Source: Octopus vulgaris (taxonomy: Eukaryota). Taken from it: 64,000 bases of DNA. Shown one piece after another: positions 11,764-25,033 of this stretch (the first letter of the stretch is position 1; each line of letters opens with the position of its first letter). A program made the position numbers and the translations under genes. The stretch is taken from contig OX597818.1 of the NCBI GenBank assembly GCA_951406725.2, positions 118,482,001-118,546,000 of the forward strand, written 5' to 3'. The notes below the pieces were generated by a model. That model saw only the letters and a program-made list of their open reading frames with translations. It was not told where the DNA came from and did not search any database.

Positions 11764-13140
11764 TTCTTACGTGTTAACTGATGTGTTAACTGAACAAATA
11801 TATTCGAGTCTCATTGTGTGGGTTTGTTCTCCGTGTCACTCCGTAGAGGCAGGATTCATTGAGCTATATGTATGCATATTTGTTAAACTCACAGTGTATA
11901 GTAATAATTATTTTATAGATTCATTTCTTCACACTGCTTTACCTTGTTTTCTGCCTTTCGTTAAACAAGAGAAACTTTTGTTGAAATTAATTCATATAAA
12001 AATACAAACACACTGACCCACACACATGCGCACAAACAAACAAAAGGGAACGTAGTGTAAATAACGGACAGAGTCAAAACTATTGAAAAGGTTGCAACAC
12101 GTAACGAAAATTTTAGGAAAATAAAAATAAGGAATAAGTGGAAATTTTACCGGTGAGTGTGTTAATAAGGCACAAAAAGAAAATGACACTCCCCAGACAC
12201 AACAGAATATGCTTCAACACACGAACTCACATAAAGAATCTTGCAAACCAAATCCAAAAACGAAAAGAATGAAAATATTTCTATTAATATGCGGTATCTT
12301 GTCGTGTAGGTTTAAGTGTATTATTTCATCGTACAACTAAATCTTAGGTGTTAACCGATGTGTTAACTGAACTATATTAGAGACTTATTGTGTGAATTTC
12401 TTCGTGTTATTCCGTAAATTCATTTCTTCACTGCTTTTCCTTCTTTTCTGTCTTTTGTTAAACTAGAGAAACTTTTGTTGAAATTAATTCATATAAAAGA
12501 ATGACAATATTTCTATTAGTATGCGGTACCTTACTGTGTAGGTTTAAGTGTGTTTATTTCTTTATTGCCCACAAGGTGCTAAACATAGAAGGGACAAACC
12601 AGGACAGACAAAGGGATTAAGTCGATTACATCGACATCAGTGTGTAACTGGTACTTAATTTATCGACCCCGAAAGGATGAAAGGCAAAGTCGACCTCGTC
12701 GGTATTTGAACTCAGAACGTAGCGGCAGACGAAATACGGCTACGCATTTAGCCCGGCCTGCTAACGGTTCTGCCAGCTGACCGCCTTTGTAGGTTTAAGT
12801 GTATTATTTCCTCGTACAACTAAATCTTAGGTGTTAACTGATGTGTTAACTGAACAACTATATTAGAGGCTTATTGTGTGGGTTTCTTCTTCGTGTTACT
12901 CTGTAGAGACAGGATTCATTGTGCAGTATGTATGTTTATTTGTTAAACTTACAGCGTATAGTAATAATTATTTTATAGATTCATTTCTTCACACTGCTTT
13001 TCCTTGTTTTCTGTCTTTTGTTAAACTAGAGAAACTTTTGTTGAAATTAATTCATATAAAAGAACGACAATATTTCTATTAATATGCGGTACCTTGTTGT
13101 GTAGGTTTAAGTGTATTATTTCATCGGACAACTAAATCTT
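11764..13140. repeat. Three tandem copies of a ~310-bp unit, two interrupted by insertions
   Basis: Copies start near 11764, 12341 and 12826 (TCTTA.GTGTTAAC.GATGTGTTAACTGAAC); copy 1 has a ~265-bp insert (~12002-12264), copy 2 has an internal deletion and a SINE insert. Confidence 0.9.
12555..12787 (-). mobile_element. SINE family A, single full-length copy
   Basis: Complete head-core-tail A; TSD TGTAGGTTTAAGTGT at 12537-12551 and 12788-12802. Confidence 0.9.
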
Positions 13141-13977
13141 CCTCTAGAATCATAACATGTTAAGGATACGGATGTAGATCTTTTATTATTCTTATTTTTT
13201 TCCTGATATGTGTTGGAGTCAGTGGACTGCAGCTATTCTTGTGCATAACCTTCGAAATATTTCTTCGATAATATCGTTTGTAGCAGTTATTTTGGTCTGG
13301 TATGCGTTGTATCGCATTCGGAAGGGGCTGACGTAAGGGGAAGTCCTTGATGGGATGTCAAAAGAAATTAATTACCAAGAACATTCAGTCGATATCATCA
13401 AGACCGTTAACAGGTGTCAAGTGATAGCTGAAATTTCAAACGTATTACAAAACTTCCGAAAATATTAATATAATGCATTGCGCCAAATACACACAAGAGA
13501 TGGGAGATCTGCAAAGCTGTCTAATTTGGGAAAAGGGAAACCTGAATATCTGTGGACTGATAGTCGGAATCAGATTTCCTCGAAAATTTACGAATAAACT
13601 GACACCGATTATGATACTCTTCAAATATGAAACGTTCCTATAATTTCTCCAAATTCTAGATATAACCCCAGCAGGAGTGATATACAATGCTACAACAACA
13701 TATTCAGTGTGGTGTTGTTGTAAAAAGACTCAGTGCATTAAGTTCTCACTTGGATTCCGATGTGTATAATTATATATCAATTATCCAATCGCATAGTTTC
13801 CTTTCTTTAAGTAGGTTCTACATTTATTTAAATATTATTCATCTAGAAAAGGCCACAAATAGTTGTCTGTGCAAAATCTTGGAGAGAAACAACCAGTTTA
13901 CGTATTAGAAATATATATATATATATATATATCATAATGAAAATATATATTCTCCGATTTCAGGCGACAATTTTTAA

Positions 13978-14135
13978 TGATGAACTAACCCTAGCCAGAA
14001 TCGAACGCACAAATCAACTCTTATACCGCACCTTGCTCATCCGATTGGGTCAAACGCTCACTAATCAATTTCAACCAAATATAAGGAATTTATACTTAAA
14101 CTGTGCGTTCGATTCTGGCTAGAGCTAGCTCATCA
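13978..14135. repeat. Imperfect ~34-bp inverted repeat
   Basis: TGATGAACTAACCCTAGCCAGAATCGAACGCACA vs TGTGCGTTCGATTCTGGCTAGAGCTAGCTCATCA. Confidence 0.8.
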
Positions 14136-14320
14136 TTTCCGGTCATTTGTTTGTATTCTAAAATTGTGGCTTCAACTAGAAGATATATATGTGTGCATGC
14201 CTATATATAATTATGAATTTTTTTTTTTAATTTTTGGGAATAATAAGTAGTCCATGTTATCAGGACATTTACTATTTTACATTTTACTAATGCAATGTAA
14301 CCAGTATCTTTTATATTATT

Positions 14321-14837
14321 ACAAATTTGGGATTTTACGAATAGAACCGCAACCGTTATTTCTGGATAACCTTATTATATGGAATACACATACCAAGTTA
14401 TATCCAATAATATAATATAAGCATTTAAAAAACCCACTATAAAATACAATAAATTATTTGAAAAAAATATTTGAAAAACTATATATATAACTTACCTGTG
14501 GGAAAAGAAGATATATTCAGTCAACGCTACACGTGTTTTTGCGCTGGTGGCGTGTTGTCAAGGCTATATCTAATACATAAATCTACCAGTGGGTCCTGAG
14601 GCTATTTATTTTATTGCTATTATCATTAACGGATCAAAGTTAAAAATAAATTTTATAAGTCATATTAAATAGTAATATATATTTTACAAATACTTTTCAA
14701 ATAATGTTATTGCATTTTATAGTAGGTTATTTAAATGCTTATATTATTTTATTGGATATACATTTCTATGGATATTCTATACAATAAGGGCACTCTGAAA
14801 TAGGTGTTGCGGTTCTATTGTTAAAATCCGAAATGTT
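14321..14837. repeat. Diverged ~170-bp inverted repeat (arms ~14321-14495 and ~14671-14837), probably PLE-derived
   Basis: GGATTTTA..AATAGAACCGCAAC...TATATCCAATAA.ATAATATAAGCATTTAAA.AACC.ACTATAAAAT.CAATAA matches the reverse complement of the right arm. Confidence 0.8.
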
Positions 14838-14894
14838 ATATATAATAATAATGATAATGATAATAATAACTTTTTTATTTATTTATTTATTTTT

Positions 14895-15031
14895 ATGTAT
14901 TAGACATTCACTAGTACAACACAAAAAAAACCCCAAATATATGGCACAGAACTTCCAACATGTTGTCTCTTGAGGTCTCTGGGTGAGACTTGGAGCCAAC
15001 TTGTACAGACATAAAGCAAAAGTCAAACATA

Positions 15032-15075
<44 letters not shown>
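14895..15075 (+). mobile_element. 3' end of a non-LTR retrotransposon with (TAA)n tail (R4/Dong-like)
   Basis: ...GAGGTCTCTGGGTGAGACTTGGAGCC...AGTCAAACATAG followed by a long (AAT)n; clade call rests on the (TAA)n tail/target and recollection only. Confidence 0.45.
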
Positions 15076-15076
<1 letters not shown>

Positions 15077-15119
15077 AGTTCTATATTTAATGCAATATAA
15101 TAATACAGTTCTATATTTA

Positions 15120-15505
15120 AGACGAACAACGCAAAACTGTGACACGAGGAGATATTGATAAATGGAGTATAGATGATCATGTATGGAAAAGGGAGAGCAC
15201 CTCCCCCTGTGGTATGAAGGTAAAATAATAGACAGAGAACACTACTTGAAAATACGAAAAGTAAAAGAAACAGCGCATATACTAGGACACAACATCTTCG
15301 TAAGCAGACCGAGTGTAGATATGAGCAGCATATGGGAACCGGAATTAAGTAAGGATAGAACAATACCCTACGAATATGAACCCATGTGCGAAATTTCCCC
15401 AAGACACCTGATGAAGGCTGGAGGGTATATCAGCCGAAACGTTGTGTTAACAACAAGCAAGATGAGGACAAATATCCGGTGAACGTAAATAATATAAATA
15501 ATATG
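15120..15505 (+). mobile_element. Penelope-like element 3' end: GIY-YIG C-terminus plus terminal region
   Basis: EHLPLWYEGKIIDREHYLKIRKVKETAHILGHNIFVSRPSVDMSSIWEP matches the H...W...KIID.E....RK.KE..HI.....R.....S.IW.P end of PLE endonucleases; followed by a hammerhead. Confidence 0.75.
15403..15448 (+). ncRNA. Minimal type I hammerhead ribozyme with intact core
   Basis: GACAC-CTGATGA-A-GGCTG(GAGGGTATAT)CAGCC-GAAA-CG-TT-GTGTT: canonical CUGAUGA/GAAA/UH, 5-bp stems I and II, palindromic ACGT stem III; predicted cleavage after 15443. Confidence 0.75.
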
Positions 15506-15528
<23 letters not shown>

Positions 15529-15536
<8 letters not shown>

Positions 15537-15637
15537 ACCAACCAGGCCATCAGATGTTGCTACACGTCGCTGGTCACAATGCGCTTCGCATTGTTTTAGC
15601 CTTCAAATGACGCCACCCCGCTGGCTAAATGAGCAGG

Positions 15638-15641
<4 letters not shown>
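15529..15641 (-). mobile_element. SINE family D tail fragment (5'-truncated)
   Basis: Closely matches ~6975-7085. Confidence 0.8.
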
Positions 15642-15674
<33 letters not shown>

Positions 15675-16954
15675 TGAGAAAAAGAGAGACAGGCAGACAG
15701 ACAGACAGAGAGGGTAGCGAGAGAGATGTTTGTGCATGTATATGTAGTAAAACCATTTGCGTTGTATTGATCTGCCCGGATACATAATAGTAAACATGTT
15801 CACAGTTAGCTTCAGCTTGTGATTCCTTGGTCGGTCAAGGAATCACGTGAATGAGAATCAAATTACATAAATGCACAGTGCAGCCTGCTCTTATATATTT
15901 CATCTGCAGACACAACCTTAAACTAATAAAACCATATTCTTTTCGATTACTATCTGTTGTAACCCGACTTTGAATATACTTACTCCCAACTTTCGACCGA
16001 TTACCCTGTGTTTATGCATCAATTATTTCTGCTAAATATTAGATATACACAAACCGAAAATTATATAACAAATATAATTGTTTAATTCTCAACTGAAAAC
16101 AATCCATTTCATTTCACATCAATGTTTCGATATCTATTTCCATATTTCTATACATTCTGTTTCTATTTCTCCACCATTCTCTCAACCCTACCTGTCTCTC
16201 TTTATCTCTCTATGTATAAATCTAATTCTCTCTCACTTTTTCTCTCACTCTCTCCCTCTCTGTTTTCTGGATCTCTCTCTCTGTCTTTCTTAATCTTCAC
16301 CATTATGATTACACATAGCCTCACATTTTCGATAATATTTAATATGGTATTATAATTATAGACATAACGTTTATGTTCATTTAATCAAAATATTACGTTA
16401 TGACATTTTTCCAAGAAATACACTGTTAAACCACGCCTACATTCAGAAGATTGAGCAGTATAGGAGATGATTAAAGACACACAATGCAAAACGCTGATGT
16501 CTATGTATACACTTCTTTGTAGAAATAGGAATTAATAAACAAATATAGTAAGTGATTCTAACACTAACGTAAATTTTGTCTCACATATATTCACACCTAA
16601 ATATATATATATATGTATGTGCGTGTGTGTGTAGATATGTTATGTAGATAAGGTTAAACCTCAGTTATGTCGTATTTAAGCACATCTTATTTCGGAAGTT
16701 GAAAGTCATATGTGGTTGTTATATTAGTATGAGATATGATTCAGACTTGAACATGCTGGAAATAATTTTACTGAGTAATTACAGGTCAAAACAGAATGCT
16801 AAAAGTTGGTATTATTTATACACCATTACACATGTTTGATTTGCCAAGAGAGATTACACAATTCTACATGTAGAAAAAACATGTAAGATATTTATGATTG
16901 GAAATTAATAAGAGAATTCAATATAATTATTTGATTCACTGCCTAAAGGAGGTA

Positions 16955-17519
16955 TTGGGTTGTCCGGAAAGTTCGTGCCGATATTTAAAGGAAAGAAAAT
17001 GGTCAATAAATACCTGCCATTACATTTTCAATCAACCAAATATGAACCAATTTGCTGCACAATGCGTCTCCATTTTTCCTTTAAGTTGAAAATACCCTCT
17101 TCCCAGAATGAAGGTGGTTTCATAGCAAAGAATTCATCAAGGTATCATTTTACGTGATCCAAGGAATTGAAAGTTTTACCATTAAGACTATTCTGCAGAG
17201 ACCTGAATAAGTGGAAATCCGAAGGAGCAATATCTTGTGAATATGGAGGGTGGACTATCATATCTCAGCCGAGCTGCAGCAATTTTTGTCTGGCTCCCAA
17301 AGCATCAAGTGCCGAAATGAACTTTGTTATCTTTCATTTTAAAGGGTTACAGAATTAACACAGGTTATAGGAAGAGAAACCTTCTCCCGCGAAAAGATAG
17401 CTTAAACTGTGCTCTAAATGGAGGTGTAGTCAAATCCTATTTTATTGGCTCAACCATGTTCTGAAATCAGTCGATATATAAGCGACTATAAATCGGCACG
17501 AACTTTCCGGACAACCCAA
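16955..17519 (-). mobile_element. Internally deleted mariner element (MITE-sized)
   Basis: Perfect 28-bp TIR TTGGGTTGTCCGGAAAGTTCGTGCCGAT with TA duplication on both sides; minus strand retains HPPYSQDIAPSDFHLFRSLQNSLNGKTF (YSPDLAPxD motif). Confidence 0.92.
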
Positions 17520-20500
17520 TAGATAGAGGAGATGTCGTACATGTTTCCCGTACAGGTTACAAATTTATAACTCCTCTTAGGCAATAAAACAACTGTAACG
17601 TTGAATACAAAATAACAATTTTTATCACTTTCTTATTGTTAAATTTTACCTTCATGATATTGTTTGCTTTTATATTGTGTTTGTAATTAGAGACCATTCA
17701 TGGCACCAACAATATTAAATTAAAAGCTCTAACTCACAGCAATTTTCACTCTACGCATATCATCGTTTAAGGTAAAATAAAATCTTGTCAAGAAAAATGT
17801 ATCTTTTCAAGGAGATATTTGCTAGTTCCGTTACTTAGTACTTATATTGTCTTTGTGTAAGCGTGCTGTTTAAAGTTAATTTCCAGAATTAATATTAGTG
17901 AAAAGCAATCCCTTGTAGCTTACTTTATTTAGTATGGTAAAAATTTGTTTGAAATGAGAAAGTTATTTTTCAAAGTTATTCAAATACTTGCATTCATTTT
18001 TCATTTCAGAAATTGGAATAGTTGCTTCTATCCGATTCTTTATTCTTAAGAGTTCTTCTGGCTTACCAAATGTGCATGGATCTAATACAGTAAAACTAAA
18101 CATATTATCCAACAACCCTTGTATTTTTTATGAAATCCGTTGGGTGAATTCGGCTTGAAATTTGCTGCAAAATAAATCATTTTGTTAAATCAGTTTTTTA
18201 TCACTGTCATACATACCCACCAACTGTAGCTTTCTTTAATCTTTCAACTGTCAGCCGTCTTTTAGTTAATGCGAAACCACTAATTTTTCTAATAAACACT
18301 TTTAGTTTTGCTATGCGGTATTTATCAGTGATATTGCCTAGTGGTAATGACTACTAAACAAACGATCAGCCATGCTTAAGTAGTTTCTATGGTTATCTGT
18401 TCCCGAAATATGATACCTTGTTTTAAACACCTGGACAGCTCATTTGCGATTTTGCTATTGTCAAATTTCTGATAACGTGTTTTCAAATTAACTGTTTTGT
18501 CCGAAATGTCTTAAAATTACACACCTCCAATACGTCAAAACTAGTCGCATTATAGAGACACTACTTTGTCATGTTGTTATATGGATATTCTTCTCCTCAT
18601 TTCTTGTTTAATTAACGATATTTATGTTTTCTATTTCTATGTATTTGTAGTTGCCGCTCATATTTTGAGCTTCAATTGTGAATTATTTGTAAAGAATTAA
18701 GACACGGACAGACGCTGACATGTGTACAACAGCGTTATTCTTGCTGGAACTCCTAAATCATACTGTATTTTCATTGAGTGTGATAGCTTCTCAAAAATGT
18801 CACGCACGTAAAATATTCAAGTGAATAACTTCCGACTATAATAATAGATATGACGGTGCTCTAGATGCGTTCATGTTGTAAATTTTCACTTCTGTGACAA
18901 ACCCTATCCATTCCACTGGCGAAATCGAATGACAATAAAATTTTGCGACACAACATAATTCTGTAGCTTGTACTGAAGATTCCCCAAATCAACACATTTT
19001 CTGCGCAATATCAGAGTATACATCTAAAGACATGCTCTAAGAAATACGACGTGTGCCCATTCTCGCTGCTGCTATATCATCCAGGATATTAACCCTCTTT
19101 TATTTAGTCATTGCACGTTAAATAATCATTTCAACGATGTGTGGGGGCAGCATGTGTATGTGTATGATCGTATCTCAACTGAATAAATATGTATTCAATG
19201 CTCATAAATGGCTGAGTCGAAGTTTTGTAGTTTATGATATGATTATGTCGAAATACGTGCATTCTTGTTTCTTAGTAACTATTGAATTTGATGTCAATCT
19301 GAACTGATTAAACTAGATTATCCAAAATATTAAACTCAGCCATGGTAAACCATTTCACAGTTCAAAATTTGTTAGACACAAACAGAATATCTGAGCGGGT
19401 GATTTGAAGCGTACTTAAGTTCAAGTACACTATAATACCAATTGAAATCCTTGATTGTCACATATTAAAATGTTGTTATATTTTAATTCCATGGATAATA
19501 GTCACGACAACATAACAGGCAACGTAATTATATACATTTGCAACAATCTTATATTGGTCGGAAAATATAAGATTATATTTACAATATAAAACGCTTTTGA
19601 AATGAAAGTTTTATTTTGTCAATTGCAAACCATTATTTTGAGGAATTATTCCAGGTTGTTATGTGTGCAATTAAAATACGGAGACGTACGAACGACTTGA
19701 CAACCACTTACAGTTCGCCATTTAGAATAAAAGTTAATATTTAAAGGGAATATTTCATACGGAGATCATAAAAATGAATATTTGTTTGAGTACGCGGTAT
19801 CTATTTTATTCAAGTGTAAGTTGTAAATAGTTCAAAATAATATGAAGGCATTAAATAGAAAAGCAGAATGGCAAATGAATTTATTTCTCTAGAAATATTG
19901 TCGAAATAATTAGAAGCTATTTTTATCAGCTCAACTTCAACGAAGTGTGTCATTATTCATCAGAACATATATTAAAATGCTTTTACCTCATTAAGTCTAT
20001 TTCAACATAATAAATCCATATAACGCTTAAAATTCACTACAAAAGACATAAGCGAGAACATTTTTGACAACTTTTAAATCCCTGAAAGAAAGAAAAAAAA
20101 ATCAAATTAAAAATATCTCCAATTACATTTTATTTTACTTTCAATCCCAGTTGATTTGATTTTATGTTAAAAGAACATTGTATAATGCAGCGATATTTTT
20201 GACTACGTAGGGAAAAAATATCTGACAGAAGCTACATATATTTGTCGATTGTTTGAAAGTTTGCAAGAAACGCTAAACATATATGAAAATTGAGATTATA
20301 GCGAGTAACAAGTTAATCTGGACATGAACGAATTCGGGTACAATATATATGCATTTTCTTTTCACAGGATATGATAATAGACGGATAAAGAATAGATTAA
20401 AATTAAAATATATTTGAATTACACATATCCTATAAGTAAAACCTCCAACGTATACTTGTATACAGAATATGGATCATATGTTGGTAGTACTCGAAATATG

Positions 20501-20642
20501 CTTAAGATTGTCAAAGGGTCATGAGATGTTTGACGGCAACTGTAAAGATTCCAGGTGTGAACGACAGGTAGAAATTCTTTAAAAACAATGAAAGCGACAT
20601 CAGTAATGAAAGCCACTTCAGCAATAGCATCGTAGCACTCAC

Positions 20643-20727
20643 CAAAATGGTTCAGCAGAGAATATGTAGTTATTGCCCATAGTGAACAAAAGTAGAAATA
20701 GCCACCAAACATTCCGAAATCCATAAT
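20643..20727 (-). other. Candidate exon of an unidentified minus-strand transcript
   Basis: cacttccag|ATTATGG...CATTTTG|gtgagt; open in two frames (MDFGMFGGYFYFCSLWAITTYSLLNHF and YGFRNVWWLFLLLFTMGNNYIFSAEPF); no homology recognised. Confidence 0.25.
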
Positions 20728-23700
20728 CTGGAAGTGACATATTCGATAACATAATTTTGGGTATAGTAAGCCTGAATAAATAAGATAATTTTAAATATGA
20801 ATGTTTCTCATCGCACATCTGCTCAATTGCAGATGATCTAAGGCAAAGAATCATAAATGAAGACCATACACATACATTGAATATTCTCTCACAGTACACT
20901 CCATGTAAATAATATTCTATGGTAATATTAACCATAAATATGTAAAATATCTATTCTGCAATACTCCAATACACTAGAGGATAACATTGAAGCCATCATT
21001 CTAAAATGAGTAAAAACATCATAGATACATTATATATCAGCAATGTCTTTGAAAGCTATCTTCTCACAGATATTGGGAATCTTCCAGCATTTTGCAATAA
21101 GCGATCCTCATACTAACAGTACACGATCGATTACTTACAACTGTATATGCTTCATTTAACAAACAGCTAAACTAGTGGAACAAATAGCCCAAATGTATTT
21201 TTAATGCTCTAGAGGAAATGAATTCATCATTATGAAACACTGTTTGCTCAAATGATAGAACAGCTAAGCACAGATCACTTCACTGATTTTGACATTCAGT
21301 GAATTCTCACGGGTTTCAAGAAATTTGGACAATGCTTGCATAGTAATAGAGAGACAGATTATTAGGATTTCCAATTCGCTAAGTCACAGCAAACGTGTTC
21401 GTTGATACTAAGTCCCCTGAACTAAACCGAGAGTAGTCGGCATAGTCTCAATATTTTCAAAGCTCAGTAGTAAATTAACAAACATTTCAGAAATTAGGCA
21501 TCTGGTTTTACAGTTTTACAGAAAATATGTTTGTGTCTGTTATTGCTTTCATATATTGGATATGTGTTTAGTGAATTATGCCAGCAAAGTGTAGATGTGG
21601 GACAACGGTATTCGTGTTAAAATAAATATTCTATTAATATTTTTAACTCGTTCTTTATTGCATCTTATATATCATTTCGAAAACAAGACATGCAGTTTAG
21701 ATTGATACTGTAGTGTAACGTTACGTATTGTTCAATAATACATAAAGCATTTCTTTTTGTTTATATTAACTCTAGTATCAGCGTAATAAAAGCGATCTTT
21801 TATTCGAAAAAAAAAATTAATTCAAACCTTCAAACTCCAAAACTCTGTATGCGTTATATTTTACACAAGGGAGTAATCAATGGAGAATATAACCTGTACA
21901 TGCAATGTGGTTTCACAAGCGTATTTGTATATGATTATTGATAAAAGGTGTGTAATTACCTTTCTCTATTGTTATCAAACACATATTAATGATCCGGACG
22001 GAAGGATTGCAAAATCACGATCGTCGCCAAAATAACTTATTACTTGATATTTTAAACGGTTGTGTGAGCGAAATTATAGCGGTGCCACCGATAGTGGATC
22101 TTGATTTTGAAAAGAAGGGCTTAATTCTCCGACCAAATATCTTGCAGAAATGGTTTCATCAGAGTGTACTTTGGAAATATGTGTAGTGAAAACCGTTATA
22201 TTAAATGGCCGATGTAATGTGCAACTACCAAAATGTTACTTACTATCAATAAGTATCTTCACATATCTTCTATTAAATAGGTTCTTGAATATTTCTTGAC
22301 ATCAAAATCTGAATTAAGGCGCTAGTACTATGCTTAAATGGAGCGCAAAACATGTAACTGCGTAAATATATATCTTATTTTCATAACAAAATTATAAATT
22401 GAAGTTACTCATTATATTCCACTTTAAAAGCACATGAGATCAGTAATAGAGCTTCATTTCACCTTACGTAATTGCATACACTTCCAAAAATGTCGCAAAT
22501 ACAAATTATAAGAGGAGATATCATTTGGCAAGTCTAAATATATATAAAGAAGGTTTGGTATATACTGGTTTCGATGGTAATGGCTAGCATCTCTTTCAGA
22601 TCGTATAGCCTTATGATTTATTAATCAGATACTGTTTAACGAGCACTTCATTAAATTATATGAATGATATGATAGATTCTTGTGGGAATAACTTGAAATC
22701 CCTTACTGAATTTTGTTGGAAACGGATGCAATATATTATTTATATAATTGGAAATATGCTCCAGTATGACAAAACGTAACAGTAATATTTAAATATATTT
22801 ATCCGTGCTACAGTTTATATCCTGCGGCGGCCGATTTTGCCTTTCAACATTTATGTGTAGACATACTAAAGACGAACCAAAGACAATGATTGCTGTGATT
22901 GACTACATCTCGCCCCTAGAAAGACGTTTCATTGCCTCTGTATGAGGGCTGAATGAATACAATACACTAACACTATGGACGTGTGTCACGCATTTCTGTT
23001 ATTGTTCATTAAATAATGACAATATAAAGAACATTAGTAGAAACCCATCTGACATATATTGCCAACTGAAATGATAACAGTAAGAGGTCATAGCAGCATA
23101 CTGCAAAATATTTTAAATTACGTATTTTGTATGAACACCAGATTAATGCGATACGGAACAATGTTGAGCCGCAAATAATTTGAGTCAAAGTTTTTATATA
23201 TTTTACGGGGAATATTCCGACTCTGTTCAGCATATTATCATGTCAGTAAAAAAGGTAAGGTGTAGGTTACTTATAATGACGAATGCTTCCGTAGGTCATT
23301 CAATGAAAGGATATTTCATAACTAATGTATTAGTTCCAGTCTTCACTTCGTAGCAGCAGCATGCCCACAAACTTGAACAAATATGGCGCCAACATGTCCA
23401 GTATTTGCGGCCGCCAATCATAAAGGAGAACGCAATAGGAAACTATTAATCATGGCTCTTTATAGCTTGTACAAAATTGATTCTATTTTCGCCGCATATA
23501 TGACGCAACGGAATTACAGGTTTAGTTAAAAACGAAGAAATAACTAATACAAGAAAGCATAATGGAATGGCAAATAAACAAGAAAAGCGCTCTCTAGTAT
23601 AAGACTTAGTTATTACGAAAATATGAAGGAAAAATATATAAAATATCATAGCGTTGTTCCACAAATACTATATGCACATCAATAAAGCAGACATTAATAT

Positions 23701-24892
23701 CTTCTATCGGAAAGATATCTGTCTAAATCATGTTATTATTGGTGATATTTATTTCGATTGCAGATATTCTCAAAACGCTTAGAATGGATATAAATCTATT
23801 TTGAGAAATTTTTAAAGCATTTCCTCGCTGAAATCTCAGTTACTTCTTTATGTGTTAGAATATTATGTTAATTAACAATGTATTTAATATATGTCCATTC
23901 TTGTATATCAAAGTTAATAATACTTTATTCATCTTGAAATATGTATGAAAGATTTGTAAACAGAGCATTCCACTATTTATGTACAGAAACTGCGTGATGT
24001 AATAAATGCTTCGCATGCAAATTTTGATATTATTATTTTCCTATTCCCCTTCGTGAATTGCTATATTATGGTAACCAAATCTATAATAATTTTCATAATA
24101 ACTACCTTACTATAGATTAAATTAACTCTTAAATTCAGAAATCAATAAATGGCAAAGACATATGAGATAGTGAATTCTTTTCTGTTATTGATAGATTTTT
24201 TTTTCAAAATATTACCATGGATTGTCAATAACTCTGTTCTTAAGCGTATAAAGCAAACTAGTGATATTGCTAAATACTTCTTAATGTATTGATATCCATT
24301 ATTTATTAGAAATATGATATACAAATGCAGATATTTTTATCTCCCGAGGATGCCTGGGAGAAGTGAATGCTAAACATAAATTTCAAACAAAACAGTGTTG
24401 AAAATCATAAAAACGTTTTAACCATTTGTAAAATTGAGTCGAAAATATGCGAAGCATCGTAACAAAAGACATTTCTGTAGGTGTTCATTCTGCACCTCAA
24501 GTGAGTATAACTGATAGGTGGAACTTATCAATCATTGCATAACTGTCATCTGAATTTCCCAATATGCCCCAGTGTCTTGTTTGACGTTAATACTGTGGCA
24601 ATTGACGTGTGTAACGTAGTGAGTAGAAACTTTTGGTTGAATATTTATTATCTAAATCATTATTACATAAAAACACCTATGAACGTTTAAAATGTAAAAG
24701 AAACAATAAAAAAAGATAGCTCTTAACAGATAAGATCATTGAGAGATATTGGTAATATAGGCAGCGCAGATTCGAATAGATCCAATCAACATCATATTGG
24801 TTCTATTCTCGTATACAATCACATATATCTATCTACATATGTATCCATTTGCCTCTCTGGTTATCTATATATCTGTCCGTTTCTCTCTCTCT

Positions 24893-24945
<53 letters not shown>

Positions 24946-24980
24946 CGTATCTATATATATGTATATATATACATATATAG

Positions 24981-25033
<53 letters not shown>

